A stretch of 64,000 nt of DNA from the human T2T-CHM13v2.0 reference genome, Homo sapiens. The stretch is from assembly GCF_009914755.1 (NCBI RefSeq), contig NC_060947.1. One strand, written 5' to 3'. The notes beneath the pieces are model-generated. The model saw nothing but the letters and a program-made list of their open reading frames with translations, made no database searches and had not been told where the DNA came from. The translations under genes and the position numbers were made by a program. This document shows, piece by piece, positions 29,221 to 44,832 of this stretch (its first letter is position 1; each line of letters starts with the position of its first letter).

Positions 29221-29703
29221 TATGGTAGGCAGAATAATGGCTCCCCGAAGATGCCTATGTCTTAATTCTCATAACCTGTGAATATGTTAGGTTATATGAC
29301 AAAGGGAATTAACTAATCCGCTGACCTTAAAATAAGGAGATTATTCTAGATTATCTAGGTGGGTCCAGTGTAAGCATAAGAATCTATGGAAGAGGAAAGG
29401 AGGAAAGAGTCAGAGTCAGAGGAGATGTGATGACAGAAGCAGAATTAGAGTGATGCAATCTGAGGACTCCATTGGCCATGGCCACTTTGAAGATGGAAGG
29501 GGGCCTTTAGAAACTGGAAAAAACAAGAAAATAGGTTCTTCCTTACAGCCTCCAGAAGGAAATACAGACTTGCCAGCACCTTGATGTTAGCTTGGTAATA
29601 CCCATTTTAGACTTTGGATCTCCAGAACTGTGAGATAATGCATTTGTGTTCTAAGCAGTAATTTTGTGGTAATGTGTTACAGTAGAAATAGAAAATTAAT
29701 ATA
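29221..29703 (+). mobile_element. MLT1D-like MaLR solo LTR
   Basis: tatggtaggcagaataatggctcccc...gaccttaaaataaggagattattct...agcctccagaagga...gtaatgtgttacagtagaaatagaaaattaata. Confidence 0.85.
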
Positions 29704-31587
29704 TTATTTAATCAAAACATAGGTTAAAATCAAGAATAAAAATAATGTATATACATGTTAAATATTTTACATTAATGTAAAATATGCAAATACTATCTAT
29801 TCTCCAGACTTTTCATGTAGGACCAAGATCTTTGATGATAGTTCAACAATATATATCTTGTATAAACACTCACCATAGTGCATTGATTATGATATTCAGT
29901 TTCTGAGGAAAGTAGTCATTCAATACATTTTAACTGAATGAAGGGATAAATAAACCACGAGGTTTGCTGGATCAAACTTCTGAATTATTACTCAGAATAC
30001 AATATTTTTAAAGTTGTCCAAAACAGCTATGTATTTTAAGTCATTTATCTTAAATGGAATTTCTGATTTGGGGTCCTAAATAGGCACAGCTAAGGATTAC
30101 AAGGACTGTGTGGTCTAAGCAGCCTAGAGTATCCACTGTCTGACATTATCTGAGCAATGGCATAAAGAATGTACAGGCATAGCTCGATTTATTGTGCTTC
30201 ACTTTATTGTTCTTCACAGCCACTGAGTTTTTTACAAATTGAAGGTTTGTGGCAACCCTGCATCAAGCAAGCCTATCAGCGCCATTTTTCCAATGGCATG
30301 TGCTCACGTCATCTCTCTCTGTCACACTTTGGTATCTCTCCCAAATATTTCAAAATTTTTCATTATTATTTTATCTGTTATGGTGATCTGTGATCAATGA
30401 TCTTTGATGTTACTATTGCAATTGTTCTGGGTCTCCATGAACCACTCCCATATAAGATGATAAACAATCAATAAATGTTGTGTGTGTCCTTAATGCTCCA
30501 TGAACCAGCAGTGCCCTTATCTCTCTTACTATCCTTGGGCCACTGTATTCCTAGACATACAATAATATTAACATTAGGACAATTAATAACCCTACGATTG
30601 CCTATGTGTTCAAGTGAAATGAAGTGTTGCACAAAATCAAAATCTAGAAATGGTTAATTTAGTGAGGAGGGCATATTGAAAGCCAAAACAGGCCGAAAGC
30701 TAGGCCTCTTGTGCCAAACAGCCAAGTTGTGAATGAAAATGAAAAGTTCCTTAAGGAAATTAAAAGTGCTATTTCAGTGAATGCATAAGTGATAAGGAAG
30801 AAAAACAACCTTATTGCTGATACGGAGAAAGTTTCAGTGGTTTGGATAGAAAATCAAACAAGCCACAACATTCCTGTAAGCAAAAGCCTAATTTAGAGAA
30901 AAGCCCTAATTCTCTTCAATTCTATGAAGGCTGGGAGAAGTGAGGAAGCTGAAGAAGAAAAGTATGAACCTAGCAGAGGTTGGTTCATGAGGTTTAAGGA
31001 AAGAAGCCATTCTATAAGATAAAAGTGAAAGGTAAAGCAGCAAGCATTGATGCAGAAGTTGCAACAAGTTATCCAGAAGATCTAGCTAAATCATTGGTGG
31101 AGGTGGCTACACTAAACAATAGGTGTGCAATATAGACGAAACAGCCTTATATTAGAAGGAGATGCTATTTAGGATTTTTGTAGCTAGAGAGAAGTCAATG
31201 CCTAGCTTCAAAAGACAGGCAGACGCGCTTGTAGGGACTAATGCAGCTAGGTGACTTTAAGTTGAAGCCAATGCTCATTTACCATTCTGAAATGCTAGGG
31301 CCCTTCAGAATATGCTAATTTTACTCTCCCTATGCTCTATAAATAGAACATCAAAGCCTAGGTTACAGAACATCTATTTACAGCATGGTTTACTGAACAT
31401 TTTAAGTCTACTGTTGTGACCTACTGCTCAGAAAAAAAGATTCTTTTCAAAGTTATTGCTAATTGACAATGCACCTGGTCACCCAAGAGCTCTGGTGGAG
31501 ATGTACAAGGCTACTAATGTTGTTTTCACACCTGCTAACACAACATCCATTTTGCATCCCATGGATCAATAAGTAATTATGACTTTC

Positions 31588-33285
<1,698 letters not shown>

Positions 33286-33577
33286 TAATTGTGACTTTCA
33301 AGTCTTATTTTTTAAGAAATATATTTCATACGGCTATAGCTGCCAAAGGTAGTGATTCCTCTGATGGATGTGAACAAGGTAAATTGAAAAACTTCTGGAA
33401 AGAATTCACCATTCTAGATGCCACTAAGAACATTCTTGATTTATGGGCAGAGGTCAAAATAACATTAACCGGAATTTGGAATAAGTTGATTCCAGCCTTC
33501 ATGAATAAATTAAGGTAGTTCAAGACTTCAGTGGAGGAACTGCAGATGTGGTGGAAATAGCAAGATAACTAGAACTA

Positions 33578-33991
<414 letters not shown>

Positions 33992-35029
33992 TCACATAAA
34001 CTTAGTTGATAAAGCAGTGGCAGGGTTTGAGAGACTTGACCCCAATTTTGAAAGATGTTCTACTGTGGGTAAAATGCTATCAAACTCCATTACGTACTAC
34101 AGAAATTCATAAAAGAAAGATTCAATCACTGCAGCAAACTTCACTGTTTTCTTATTTTAAGAAATTGCCACTGCCACTCCAATCTTAAGCAACAACCACC
34201 CTAATTAGTCAGTAGCCATCAACGTCGAGGCAAGAACCTCCACGAGCAAAAAGATTACAACTCACTGAAGGCTCAGATGATCATCATTTTTAGCAAGAAA
34301 GTCCATTTTTAAGACATAAAACGAATTATTGCATGCTGCTTAATAAACCACAATATAATATAAACATAACTTTTATATGCACAGAAACAAAAAACATTGT
34401 GTGACTCACTTTATTGCAACATTTGCTTTGTGGTGTGGTCTGGAACCAAATCTCCAATATCTTTGAAGTCTGCCTATATAGATTTTCATGGAAGCTGGAA
34501 AGTATAAAATGTTTGGGAATTAAAGATTTGTTCTGAGTTTCATGAGGGCCCTGAGAAAAGTTACAGATACCAATAAGGGAATCAAAAATAATATTGAGGT
34601 AAATTTCTCTAGCTTCTCCTTTTGACCTGCACCCTGGCCTTGCTCCTTTTTTCATTTCCCCTAACCTAGGTAATAAGCTATCATTTTTCTGCCTAAGAAT
34701 TTCCTTGAGGAATTTTTTCACAATCCCAGTTTAACACAGAGACCTAAAGAGAAGTATCTCCTTAATACAAGTTCTTTTTCTGCTTTGTCAGTTTTTAATA
34801 TTTACTTGATCCTTTGGTTTATTAGAGAGTTACCTGCATAAAATTATTTTATTTTTCATTCCTTAAACTCAATTTCAATTTTTTTGAACAAAATTGACAC
34901 AAGTCATTTAAGGAAGTTAAAAAGCAAATACCAATTACAATATGAGACCTGCTGAATTTGGGTGCCAGAACTTAACTGTAGTAAATGCTTAGGTTTTTTA
35001 ACACTGTAATAAAAAATTTATCAAAACTA

Positions 35030-35324
35030 GGCTGGGTACGGTGGCTCATGCCTGTAATCCCAGCACTTTGGGAGGCCGAGGTGGGCAGATCACGAAGTCA
35101 GGAGTTCGAGACCAGCCTGGCCAACATGGTGAAACCCCGTCTCTACTAAAAATACAAAAATTAGCCTGGCTTGGTGGCGTGGGCCTGTAATCCCATGTAC
35201 TCAGGAGGCCGAGGCAAGAGAATTGCTTGAACCCGGGAGGTGAAGGTTGCAGTGAGCCAAGATTGTGCTACTGCACTCCAGCCTGGGTGACAGAGCAACA
35301 CTCATGTCCAAAAAAAAAAAAAAA
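35030..35324 (+). mobile_element. Alu (AluSg-like)
   Basis: Full dimer, A tail, TSD atcaaaac(t/a)a. Confidence 0.95.
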
Positions 35325-35862
35325 ATCAAAACAAGTATTAAATCTAATTCTATTAGTATTAATTCAAATGTATTTCTAAAATCAACTTTAGCTCATTTGC
35401 TCATGTCATATATTTTTAAAAACTGTAATCATTATGATTGACTGGGACTGGATTTTATATATCCTTAATATCACAAAAACTGTGCTCTAGTTTCTTCCCC
35501 AACTCTTTGAAGCTCCTCTTTGCTAGGAAAGCGATCATTCTTACTTTTCCTTTAATCTCTTTCATTTGTTATACCAACAATCATTTTTTATCTAAGATAT
35601 CAGGAAAGATATATTTTGTTATCAACACTACTGGAAATAAAACTTTGTTGCAACATAATCCTGTTCTGTAAGAAAAAAATCATCTTAGTGAAAAATGAAA
35701 CAACTTATGGTATTGGTAAACCCAAGACATCTGTGATATTCTGCATGGAGCACAGAATTTCACCATAAACATTGTTTTGGTTCCTCAATGATCAGGTATT
35801 CACAAAAGGTTCAATCAGATTAAATTGTATGTGTGCTTGTGTGCATGCTTTATAAATCAGTA

Positions 35863-38583
35863 CAGATGCTCCTTACCTTACAATGGGGTTACCTCCTGAT
35901 AAACCCATTTTAAGTTGGAAGTATATTTAAGTTGGAAATGCATTTAATACACCAAACATCAATAACTTAACCTATCCTACCTTAAACATATTCAGAACAT
36001 TTTCATGAGCATACAGTGGGCAAAATCATTTACTATAAAGCCTATTTTATGATAAAGTGCTGAGTATCTCTCATGCAATTTATTGAATACTGTAATGAAA
36101 GTGAAAATTTGGGTACTCACTATTAACATATACAGCTGAAAGCATAGTGAGCCTGCAGAATGTTTGATGCATTTAACTAAAATTAATTGCTGGATTATGG
36201 GAATACTGCAGTGCCTAGGTCGTCAATTTCTCTATCTTCTGATGAGGCTCTAGAAAAGCTGGTAGAATGCACTGGGGCATCAATACTTGGTGATAGTTTA
36301 GCAGGCATAGTGTTCTCCAGGAAGATGTCAAGTTTTGACCGTACAGTTTGTTTCTTCTTTTCATTATGTATTTCCCTATAGCGAGCAAAAGCATCCTGTT
36401 TCTGCCCATGATGTCTTGTGAATTTCTCATAATTGATGTCCACTTTTTCTAACATGAACATGCCATTGCTGACAGTAGCAAACACCTCTGACAGCTTCTT
36501 TGTTGTACATTTTCTTGGTGCCTCGGGTACAATTTCTTCCTTTGCTTCAATTTCTTTACTTCTGTCTTCCTCCAGTTTGATCAGCTCCTCATTGGAAAGC
36601 TCTCCAGCATCAATGCCAACAAGTTCATAAATAACCATTTCATCAATGCCCAATTCTAGCTGTTTCTTAAGCACCGATATCTTGTTACTTACTATTTCAT
36701 CAACAGTGGAATTTTTATTAAAGCCTTTGAATGTGTTCACATGTCTTCAAAATGTTCTTCGAAATGTCATTTATGCACTGCTGTGTGACTTTTTCCCATG
36801 TTGCAGTGATGTTCCAGATAACATTTAGAATCTTAAAACCATTCCAAAACTCTTTAAGTGTTTGGCCATATTCAGTAGCTTCAGTAGCCTGTGAAAATGT
36901 TTGGCATAAATAGTATTCTTTTAATGCAGCAATTAAACCTTGGTCTATTGGTTGAAGAGTGTGGTTGTGTTTCACAGCAAATACACACTCATTACATCAA
37001 GATTCATGTCACCTATATGCTGTGGGTGCCCTGGAGCATTGTTTAAAATCAGAAGGATTTTGAATATGACATTGTTTTGCCTACAATATTCTCTTCCCTG
37101 AAGAATAAAACAATTCAAAAACCTGTCTTCAAACAATGCGGATGTCATGTAGGCTTTTTCGCCAAGGTGCTAATAAACAGGAAGAATATGCTTGCTCACA
37201 TTCTTGAATGCTCTAGGATTCTTGGAGTGGTAGATGAGGAAAGGCTTTAATTTGAACTCTGTAACATTTCAGCTTAAAACCAGTATTACACAGTTTTTGA
37301 ATGCTTTAAATACTGGCATTGTCTTGGACTCTTGATGAATTTACAGTCCTCGACTTATACTGGTTTGAGTTACAATTTTTTACTTTAGGATGGTGTGAAA
37401 ATGATACACGTTCAGTAGAAACCGTATTTTGAGTACCCATATAACCATTCTGTTGTTCACATTCAGTACAGTATTAAAAAATTACATGAGAGATATTCAA
37501 CACTTTATTATAAAGTAGGCTTTGTGTTAGATGATTTTGCCTAACTGGAAGCTACTGGAATTGTTCTGGACATGTTTAAGGTCGGCTAGGCTAAACTATG
37601 ATGTTTGATAGGTTAGGTGTATTAAATAGATTTTTGACTTATGATGTTTTCAATCTATGATGTGTTTATCAGGAGGTAACCCCATTGTAAGTCAAGACAC
37701 ATCTGTACATACACTCTGGTATACACTTCCAGAAAAAGGTCATTTAATTAACATTAAATATTTGTTCTGGTAATTATTTATTACCCACAATTATCCTATG
37801 CAGTTCTTCCTTAAAAGCTTTGACACATTCAGTATTGGCACTTGCTGCCTCACCACTGACCTTCACTTTATGAAAATTATGCTTGCCTTTTGAAGAGTTG
37901 GAACCACCCATGACTTGCTATAAACACTTCCATATATGTAGGATCATTGGCACTCACTTTTAGCCTATTGAAAAGACTTCTTGCCTACCTGGCTCATGAA
38001 TAGGCTAAGAGATATGTGGTTCTGAATCTTGTCTTCCACCACATGGCAAGTAATTTCAAGTGGCCTGGCTGGTTTTTTCATAATAACAGTGGATTTAACG
38101 GATGACGATGGTTTCATTGCATCACTAATTCACTTCTTATCCTTTAAGAGGGTCATGATCATTGATTATGGAAATTATAACTCATGTGCAGTGGCCATTA
38201 CTGGCTTGCTGCCTTCATGCTGGGCAATTGTCTTACATTTTATCTCGAGTAATCACCTTCCTCTTCTTCTCACCATAAGCAGGAGACACAGATGGGTGTT
38301 TTATACACGTGATGGTACGCTAAACACAAAACAAAATATCCAAGAAATGCTGGCAATGCACTACACTGTAGAGTATGGGTTGTTTACCCATAATCACATG
38401 GCTGACTGGGAGCCATGGCTCCCTGCCACTGACCAGCACTGCAAAAGGGTATTATGCTGCATATCCCTAGCTCAGTAAAAGATCAAACTTTGAGGTATGG
38501 TTTTTACTGGGTGTACATCACTTTCGCACCATTCTTCAAGTCAAAAAATTATAAACTGAATCATCATGAGTCAGGATGATTTG
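35863..38583 (-). mobile_element. Near-complete Tigger3 (Golem) with dead transposase on the minus strand
   Basis: TA-CAGATGCTCC left end and ...gagtcaggatgatttg-TA right end. Minus-strand peptides: EKKRKVIT (N-terminal), FIASHGWFQLFK and VSGEAASA (CENP-B HTH region), EQIFNV, KPFLIYHSKNPRAFKN, ILLILNNAPGHP, LQPIDQGLIAALK. Confidence 0.92.
37344..37705. mobile_element. Tigger3a (MER7A-type) MITE nested in Tigger3, inverted relative to its host
   Basis: 362 bp made only of Tigger3 terminal sequences in reverse orientation; TA at 37342-37343 and 37706-37707. Confidence 0.9.
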
Positions 38584-39959
38584 TATTCCATTTCATAAGA
38601 TCATTGTCTTAAAATGATGCTAAATTTCCCATAGATCTAAAATAAATCAAACAATTATTTCTTTTTATCAAATTGAAGGACAAGACCCATTCCAAGTCAC
38701 CTTTGGGAATTATTAAATAAATGGATTTATTAAACAATTTCAAATATCACCATAAACAATTGTTTACATAATAATAAATTGCAATGAAAATGTATCTATT
38801 TGGCCTGAGATTTCATTATGACTTTAACGATATCTTTTGAAAAGTGATAGGATGAAATTCACTAATGATTATTGAACTCTGAGTCATGTAAGCTGTTCAA
38901 AATAGAAAACACAGTTACATATTTGGCGAATGAAACTTGGCCTCTGATATGGTTTTGAACTGTCATTATTATCTAGATATTTTGAAATCTGTAAAATTAC
39001 ATTATTCACAAATAAAAAGGGGATGTGACATTTTTGAGACGAAATTAAGGTGTGTATTCAGTGACTGTAAACTCATGTTACTAATGTTGTCATATTCTTT
39101 AAAAACTAAGTAGATACCAGGAACTAATTACTCAGGATTTGTTATGAGTCAGAGGAATCTGGGGTATATGCTTACTTTTTACTTATAAAATTGATTCTTT
39201 AAAAAGAGAAATCTATTTTTTATCCTTGAAGGTTTAGAAAACATCTGCTGACTTTTTGTGAGTTAAAGTTCATTAGAAAATTATGAAAATCCAAATGCAT
39301 TTTTATTTAGAGTTCTCCAGAAAGCAGACTGATACACATTTTGATTAAGACTATTGAAACTATAATAAACCATGGTGTAAATTTTAAAAATTTCCTCTGC
39401 TTAAATTCACTATTACCTAGATATTAAATACATGTACATGTCAAATTAAATATCAATTACTTATCTAGTCCCAAAAGTATATTTATTGTCATTACTGTCG
39501 TAACTCCTCAGGTATATTAATGATGCAAGTAACCACATGAGAAGTAAATAAATTCAAATCTGTCATTCTGTCTACTAATAGGATTAATTAGTGTATCTTA
39601 ATGTTATAACGGTGTCTCTCTCTCTCTCTCCTCTTTTCCTGTTCCTGTGTGTTCTTCCCACAGTTAGGTCTTCAGAGAAGGAGAAGATAACCGTTATTTG
39701 GTTAAGTCACTATAAATTAGCTGCATTTTCCTACAAATACCTCTAAAAAAGCTTGAAACAGAATGGGCGATTTTGCCAAGTTACTAAGAGAATTCTAAAG
39801 AAGACTCTACATTATGCCAGACTGAAAAAACAATTTTCCCATTTCAGAAGGGAGGTTCTCCACCCACCCACCACTGAAAACAAATATACATACTTAATTG
39901 CATTAAGTATTGTCCTATTACTCTCCAGCAAGCCTTTACCAGTTCAGATTCCAAACAGG

Positions 39960-40180
39960 GACTCATTGCTCTTCATCCTTACAAAACTTTTATATTGCCA
40001 ACTTCCAATATTATTAATCTGATGATTGTTGAATAGCATCTCTTTTAATTTGCATTTTTGTTGAGTGATCAATGATGAACAGCTATTTATATACAAATTA
40101 TCCATCCTTTACCTATTTTTCCTGCTTACATTCAGGATTTGCTTGGATATTCTGGATCTTATTACCTTGACGATGTTCTT
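39960..40180 (-). mobile_element. Very old L1ME fragment
   Basis: tagcatctcttttaatttgcattttt...gatgaacagctattt resembles the antisense ORF2 end. Confidence 0.4.
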
Positions 40181-40604
40181 CTGAATCTTCCAAGCAAAAC
40201 GATACTTCTCCTATGGTTTATTCTGTTAGTTTCAGAGGTTTACCTTGCACACCTAGGTATTATATGCATCTAGAATTCTTTGTGTATGCCTTTTATTTCC
40301 AACATTTCTGGGTACATCTTGGTAGACATTTTTGATTTTTTTAAAAATCCAATCTTAGTGTTCTGTGTCTAGAAATGCTAGGAAAACATTTACTTTTATT
40401 TGAATACTATTATATTTGGATTGCTCTGGTAATTTTAGCTAATTCTTTCTATTTTCATTATTTTTCTTTTTTCTTTTTACCTTTAATTTCAGTTTTACAA
40501 AACTATTCACATGCCTTTTCTTATGTTGGTTTCTGTGACTTATAATTCTTGTTTCTGTGGCAAATTTTGAATTGAGCTTGAAGGACAGAGACATGTTAGT
40601 TTGC

Positions 40605-40797
40605 TATCTTGTCAGGAAAAAGATGCAGCTGCATGCCTCAGATCCCTCTTTAGAACTGAAGCACTCATTTACCCCATGGCTAGGAGCATTGGCTGTTGAC
40701 AGTTCACATCTCAATTCCTTCATCCCTAGGAAATGTCAGAGACCAAAGGGAGTTGCCTTGCTAAGATCATGTCCTAACCTCAGACAGCCTAGCAGCA
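40605..40797 (+). mobile_element. ERVL LTR fragment (LTR33-like)
   Basis: cagatccctctttagaactgaagcactcatttacccc...ggagcattggctgttgacagttcaca. Confidence 0.55.
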
Positions 40798-41075
40798 TAT
40801 TTAAAACATTAATTTATATAAGATTTACATATTAAGATTATTAAAACTTAATTTTATATATTTGCTGTAAACAATTATAAGCTGGCTAACTTCAACTCTG
40901 AAAGATTATTTTGTACAGGCTCAAAAATTTTATTTAATATGTTTTAAAATATTATGTGATACATTCAAATAATACATATCTGTGTGTATGCCTGTGTGTG
41001 TGTATTTGTAAGTTAAGCATCACAATGATATAATGAATCCTCATGAACTTAACACCCAAATCCAAAAGGAGAACC

Positions 41076-41754
41076 TGTTAGGGAAATATAATTTCCAACA
41101 AAATTTCCTGCCACTCAGAAAATCTCTCCAACAAAAGTAGAAGAGAAAGAAAGCAGTTTTATTATTGAGTAAGCATTAAACCAAAATGTCATGTGCCTCT
41201 CAGGTAATCTGTTAAAGAGATTGCAAAGACAGAAAGAAATTTCACCCTTTTCTATAGTTAAGCAGACACAACTCATTATAACAACGTTCTAAGGAGAAAA
41301 AAATAACTAGTCTCAAGTAAGAGGACTTGACTGCAATGTTTGTCCCACATAGTTCATCTCAAATTCACTTGATAGTTGGAGTGACTATCTGTGTTAGCTA
41401 ACTGGATTTATCCAAAGGAAAAATAAACTTCTAATGTCTTTATGATAGGAGGTAGTTTTTGAGCTAGACTCAAGCTGAAGTGAGGAGCCCACTCTCCCAA
41501 AGAAAACAAAATCTTTGATGATTATATTCCAAAGACATGGCACCTAGGTTCCTAAGAAAGATATTCCTGGGTTATAAATCTAGAAAGAAGTTTATTTAGG
41601 TTTTTAATAAGATGTACATATATCTCAAAGGAGAAAGGAAAGAATTTACAAGTTTTCTAAAGAAAATGCTTTGAAGGGGAGGAGGATTCTTTTCCTGATG
41701 TAAATCAGAGAAAACTATTTTTTCATTATATTTCTATTAATATTTACCCTTACA
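41076..41754 (-). mobile_element. ERV1 (MER4-group) solo LTR, family not resolved
   Basis: TGTTA...TTACA termini, 4-bp TSD aacc/aaca, AATAAA on the minus strand near 41160; the host L1 resumes on both sides. Confidence 0.75.
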
Positions 41755-41785
41755 AACATGACCAGTAACTTAAATTTACCCATGT

Positions 41786-41832
41786 CACACACACATACAC
41801 ACAGACACACACGCGCGCACACACACACACAC
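41786..41832. repeat. (CA)n/(CG)n microsatellite
   Basis: Direct reading. Confidence 0.9.
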
Positions 41833-42415
41833 GTAACAATTACACTGAATCTGGTATGTAATAATCATTTGTATTTTTTTCCAAATAGTTTTATTATATG
41901 TATGTATGGCTAAACTATATAAAGTTCTGGAACTTGCTTTATAATTCTTTAATAGTATGTTTTTAAGTTCCTGTCATATAGTTTTATGGAGCCGGAAGTC
42001 ATTGATTTTCACTGCTGTATGTTTCGTACTGTGATGATACCCCCAAATATACTTATTTTCTATCCCTTATCTCCTATACATTTGTATTTTTTCAGGTTTT
42101 GCTATTATTGATTGTGCTTCTGTGAACATTCACTTCTGTGAACATTCTTTCACATGTCTCCTGGTGAACACAAGCAAGAACTTTTCCACTTTATATACCT
42201 AGGACTAATTGCTGAGTCATAGGAAATGAATTTTCAACTTTACAAGGAAAAAATCTAAATTGTTTTCTACAGTAGTATACCAGTGATATATATAATACCT
42301 ACCAGCAAAAAATAATGCAATCTCATTGTTTCACATCCTTTCCAACAATTGATGTAGCTAGACTTCTTAATTTTTGATAATACAGCAGGTATAAAATGGT
42401 ACCTAGTGCCTTTGT

Positions 42416-42908
42416 CAGACAAACCTTATGAACCACTTCAGATTCTCTCAACCAATCTCTTGTTCCAGATGCTACACAGCCAGTGTACCCTTATAGCATT
42501 TTCAAGCAGGTACGAAATAATAGCATGTTTCCCCATATACTTTCTACAGCCTGGGGATTCCAAGTTGATGCCAAGATGTGGGATGCTATGGGACTCTGCT
42601 CTATGGCCATGCATATGCCCCATGGGATGAATTTTGACTAGGTAATATGGGAACTGCTGGGTACATCTTTCTGCTCTCCACTGCTCACCCCCAAGATTGA
42701 ATGACCTGAAATGCAGTAAAACAACTTCTCAGAAGGCAATCCTATAAGATGGAGTAATCAGCCATACTTAGCTGCAATTAGCTCCTTAATACACCTTCAT
42801 ATTGACTCTCATTTTTCCCTGTTCCATTCTCTCCATCCCTCACTCCTACTATCTGGGATTGAATTCTCTAATAAAGTAGTAGCTATGTGGAAAACCCAGT
42901 TTAAGGCA
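42416..42908 (+). mobile_element. Old ERVL solo LTR (LTR16/41-like)
   Basis: 3' end ccctcactcctactatctgggatt...aataaa...aaacccagtttaaggca; interrupts the L1ME. Confidence 0.55.
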
Positions 42909-44247
42909 AGATCATAATTTTCATTTTTCTGATCACATAGTATGTATTGGCCATAATTGTGACAGGCCTTTTCATGTGTTTTGTTTATTTTTATTGAAGG
43001 AAGGTGGGATGTTTGTTTATTGCTCTCTCATCAATTAGGAGAATTTTTACATTTTAAGAACTAATCTTTAGTAAGTTACATGTGTTATAGTTTTCTTCTT
43101 TCTGATTGTTGCTTGTATTTTCTTTTCACTTTTCTTATTTTTTTTCATTGAACAAAGTTCTTAATTTTGATTTAGTTGAATTGAATGAACTTATTTGTGT
43201 TTATCCTTAGTAAATTATTTCTTATCCCAAGGTCAGAAACACATAATTACGTATTTTGTTTAAAAGATTTTAAGGGTGGCTTTTCACACTTACATCTTAA
43301 TACATATTCTATTAGACTTTTTTCTGTGAATCTTGTTGTTATTATTGCTATGTAAAGGGTACATTCTTTTAAATTATGCTTCTATCTGTTTCTTGATTTA
43401 TGTTGATCTTATAGCCAGGCAACTCACTAAAATTTTATTATTTATAATATTTGTTTGTAGAAACTCTAATAATAATATCCACTGTATAATGATATTTTCT
43501 CTCTATTCTGATAAACACACACACACACACATGCACACACACACACATATTTAAATGTCTTTTCTGTTTCTATTGCACTAAGATCTCCAGTCCAATAATG
43601 ATTAGAAGCAGTACTAATTGACATTCTTGTTTGTTTCTAAATTTTAAGAGGATGCTTCTAATTTTTTTTTATTATGAGGGATGTCTGTTCAAGTTTTTTG
43701 GTTGATTCTGTTTATCAAGTTCAGAGGTTCAGTTATATTACTAGTTTACTGAAATCAAAGATATGCTGAATTTTATGACATTATTTTTCTGCAACTCTGA
43801 GGTACGGATATTGCTTTTCTCTTTTAATCAGCTCTTGTTGAGGATGATCTTTACATATATTATAATGTTAAACTATTCTTACAATCTTGAAATGTACTCA
43901 TTTTAGTCATAATATGTTACAATTATTTTATCCTGTACGTAGTATGGTTTGCTAATATTTTGTTTGGGATTTGTTTGCCCCTATATTCATGAATTAGCTT
44001 CTCAAAATGAATTTTGATGGGGATTAAATTAAAGCAGAAAATTAATATATGAACAATAGAGTACAATATTCTATCTTTCCATTGATTAATAAATCTACTT
44101 TTTTTGTCTATCAGCAAAGTTTTATTTATTTTATTCAAAGTTTTTCTCTTTTAGGTCCCAATTTTTTTGTTACTTTCAAAGGAATCTTTATTTTTTGTAT
44201 AATTTATTGATTATTGAAATTAAACTAGATACCAATTGAATTTCCCA

Positions 44248-44832
44248 AATACTACAAAGCTATAGTAACCAAAACAGCATGATATTGGCATAAAAACGGA
44301 CACAGAGACCAATGGAATAAAATAAAGAACACCAAAATAAATCCACGCACTTACAGCCAATTCATTTTCAACAAATGTGCCAAGAATATAAATTAGAGAA
44401 AGGACATTCTCTTTAATAAATAGTGCTGGGAAAACTGGATATCTATATGCAGAAGAATGAAACTCATTCCCTGTCTTACAGCATATAAAACATCAATTCA
44501 AAATAGATTAAAGACTTAAATGTAAGGCTGGAAACTATGAAACTACTAATAGAAAACACTGGAAAATGCTCTACGACATTGATCTGAGCAAAGATTTTTT
44601 TGGCTAAGACTGCAAAAGCACAGGCAACAAAAGCAAACATAAGCAAATGGGCTTATATCAAGTAAAAAGCTTCTTCATAGCAAAGGAAAAAATCAACAAA
44701 GTGAAGAAACAACCTACAAATGGGAGAAAATATTTGCAACTATATAACTAACAAGGGATTAATATCCAAAATATATAATGAACTCAAACCACTCATTAGC
44801 ACAAAATAATCTGATGAACAAATGGACCAAAG
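44248..44832 (+). mobile_element. L1M ORF2 fragment
   Basis: tactacaaagctatagtaaccaaaacagcatga...gtgctgggaaaactggatat...tgggagaaaatatttgca. Confidence 0.9.

Larger units (their letters stand above)
40920..44010 (-). mobile_element. Old L1ME-type element, fragmented by two LTRs
   Basis: Antisense 3'UTR and ORF2 motifs (gtgaacattctttcacatgtctcctggtg; tatatacctagga; gacattcttgtttgtttct; tggtttgctaatattttgtttgggattt). Confidence 0.7.

Noticed and set aside
36195-36975. 181-aa and 85-aa ORFs as a domesticated TIGD/CENP-B-like gene
   Set aside because: Frameshifted, upstream stops, catalytic DN motif reads NN, interrupted by a MITE, and still inside transposon termini.
38029-38478. 149-aa plus-strand ORF
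   Set aside because: Antisense shadow of the Tigger3 transposase N-terminus and subterminal region.
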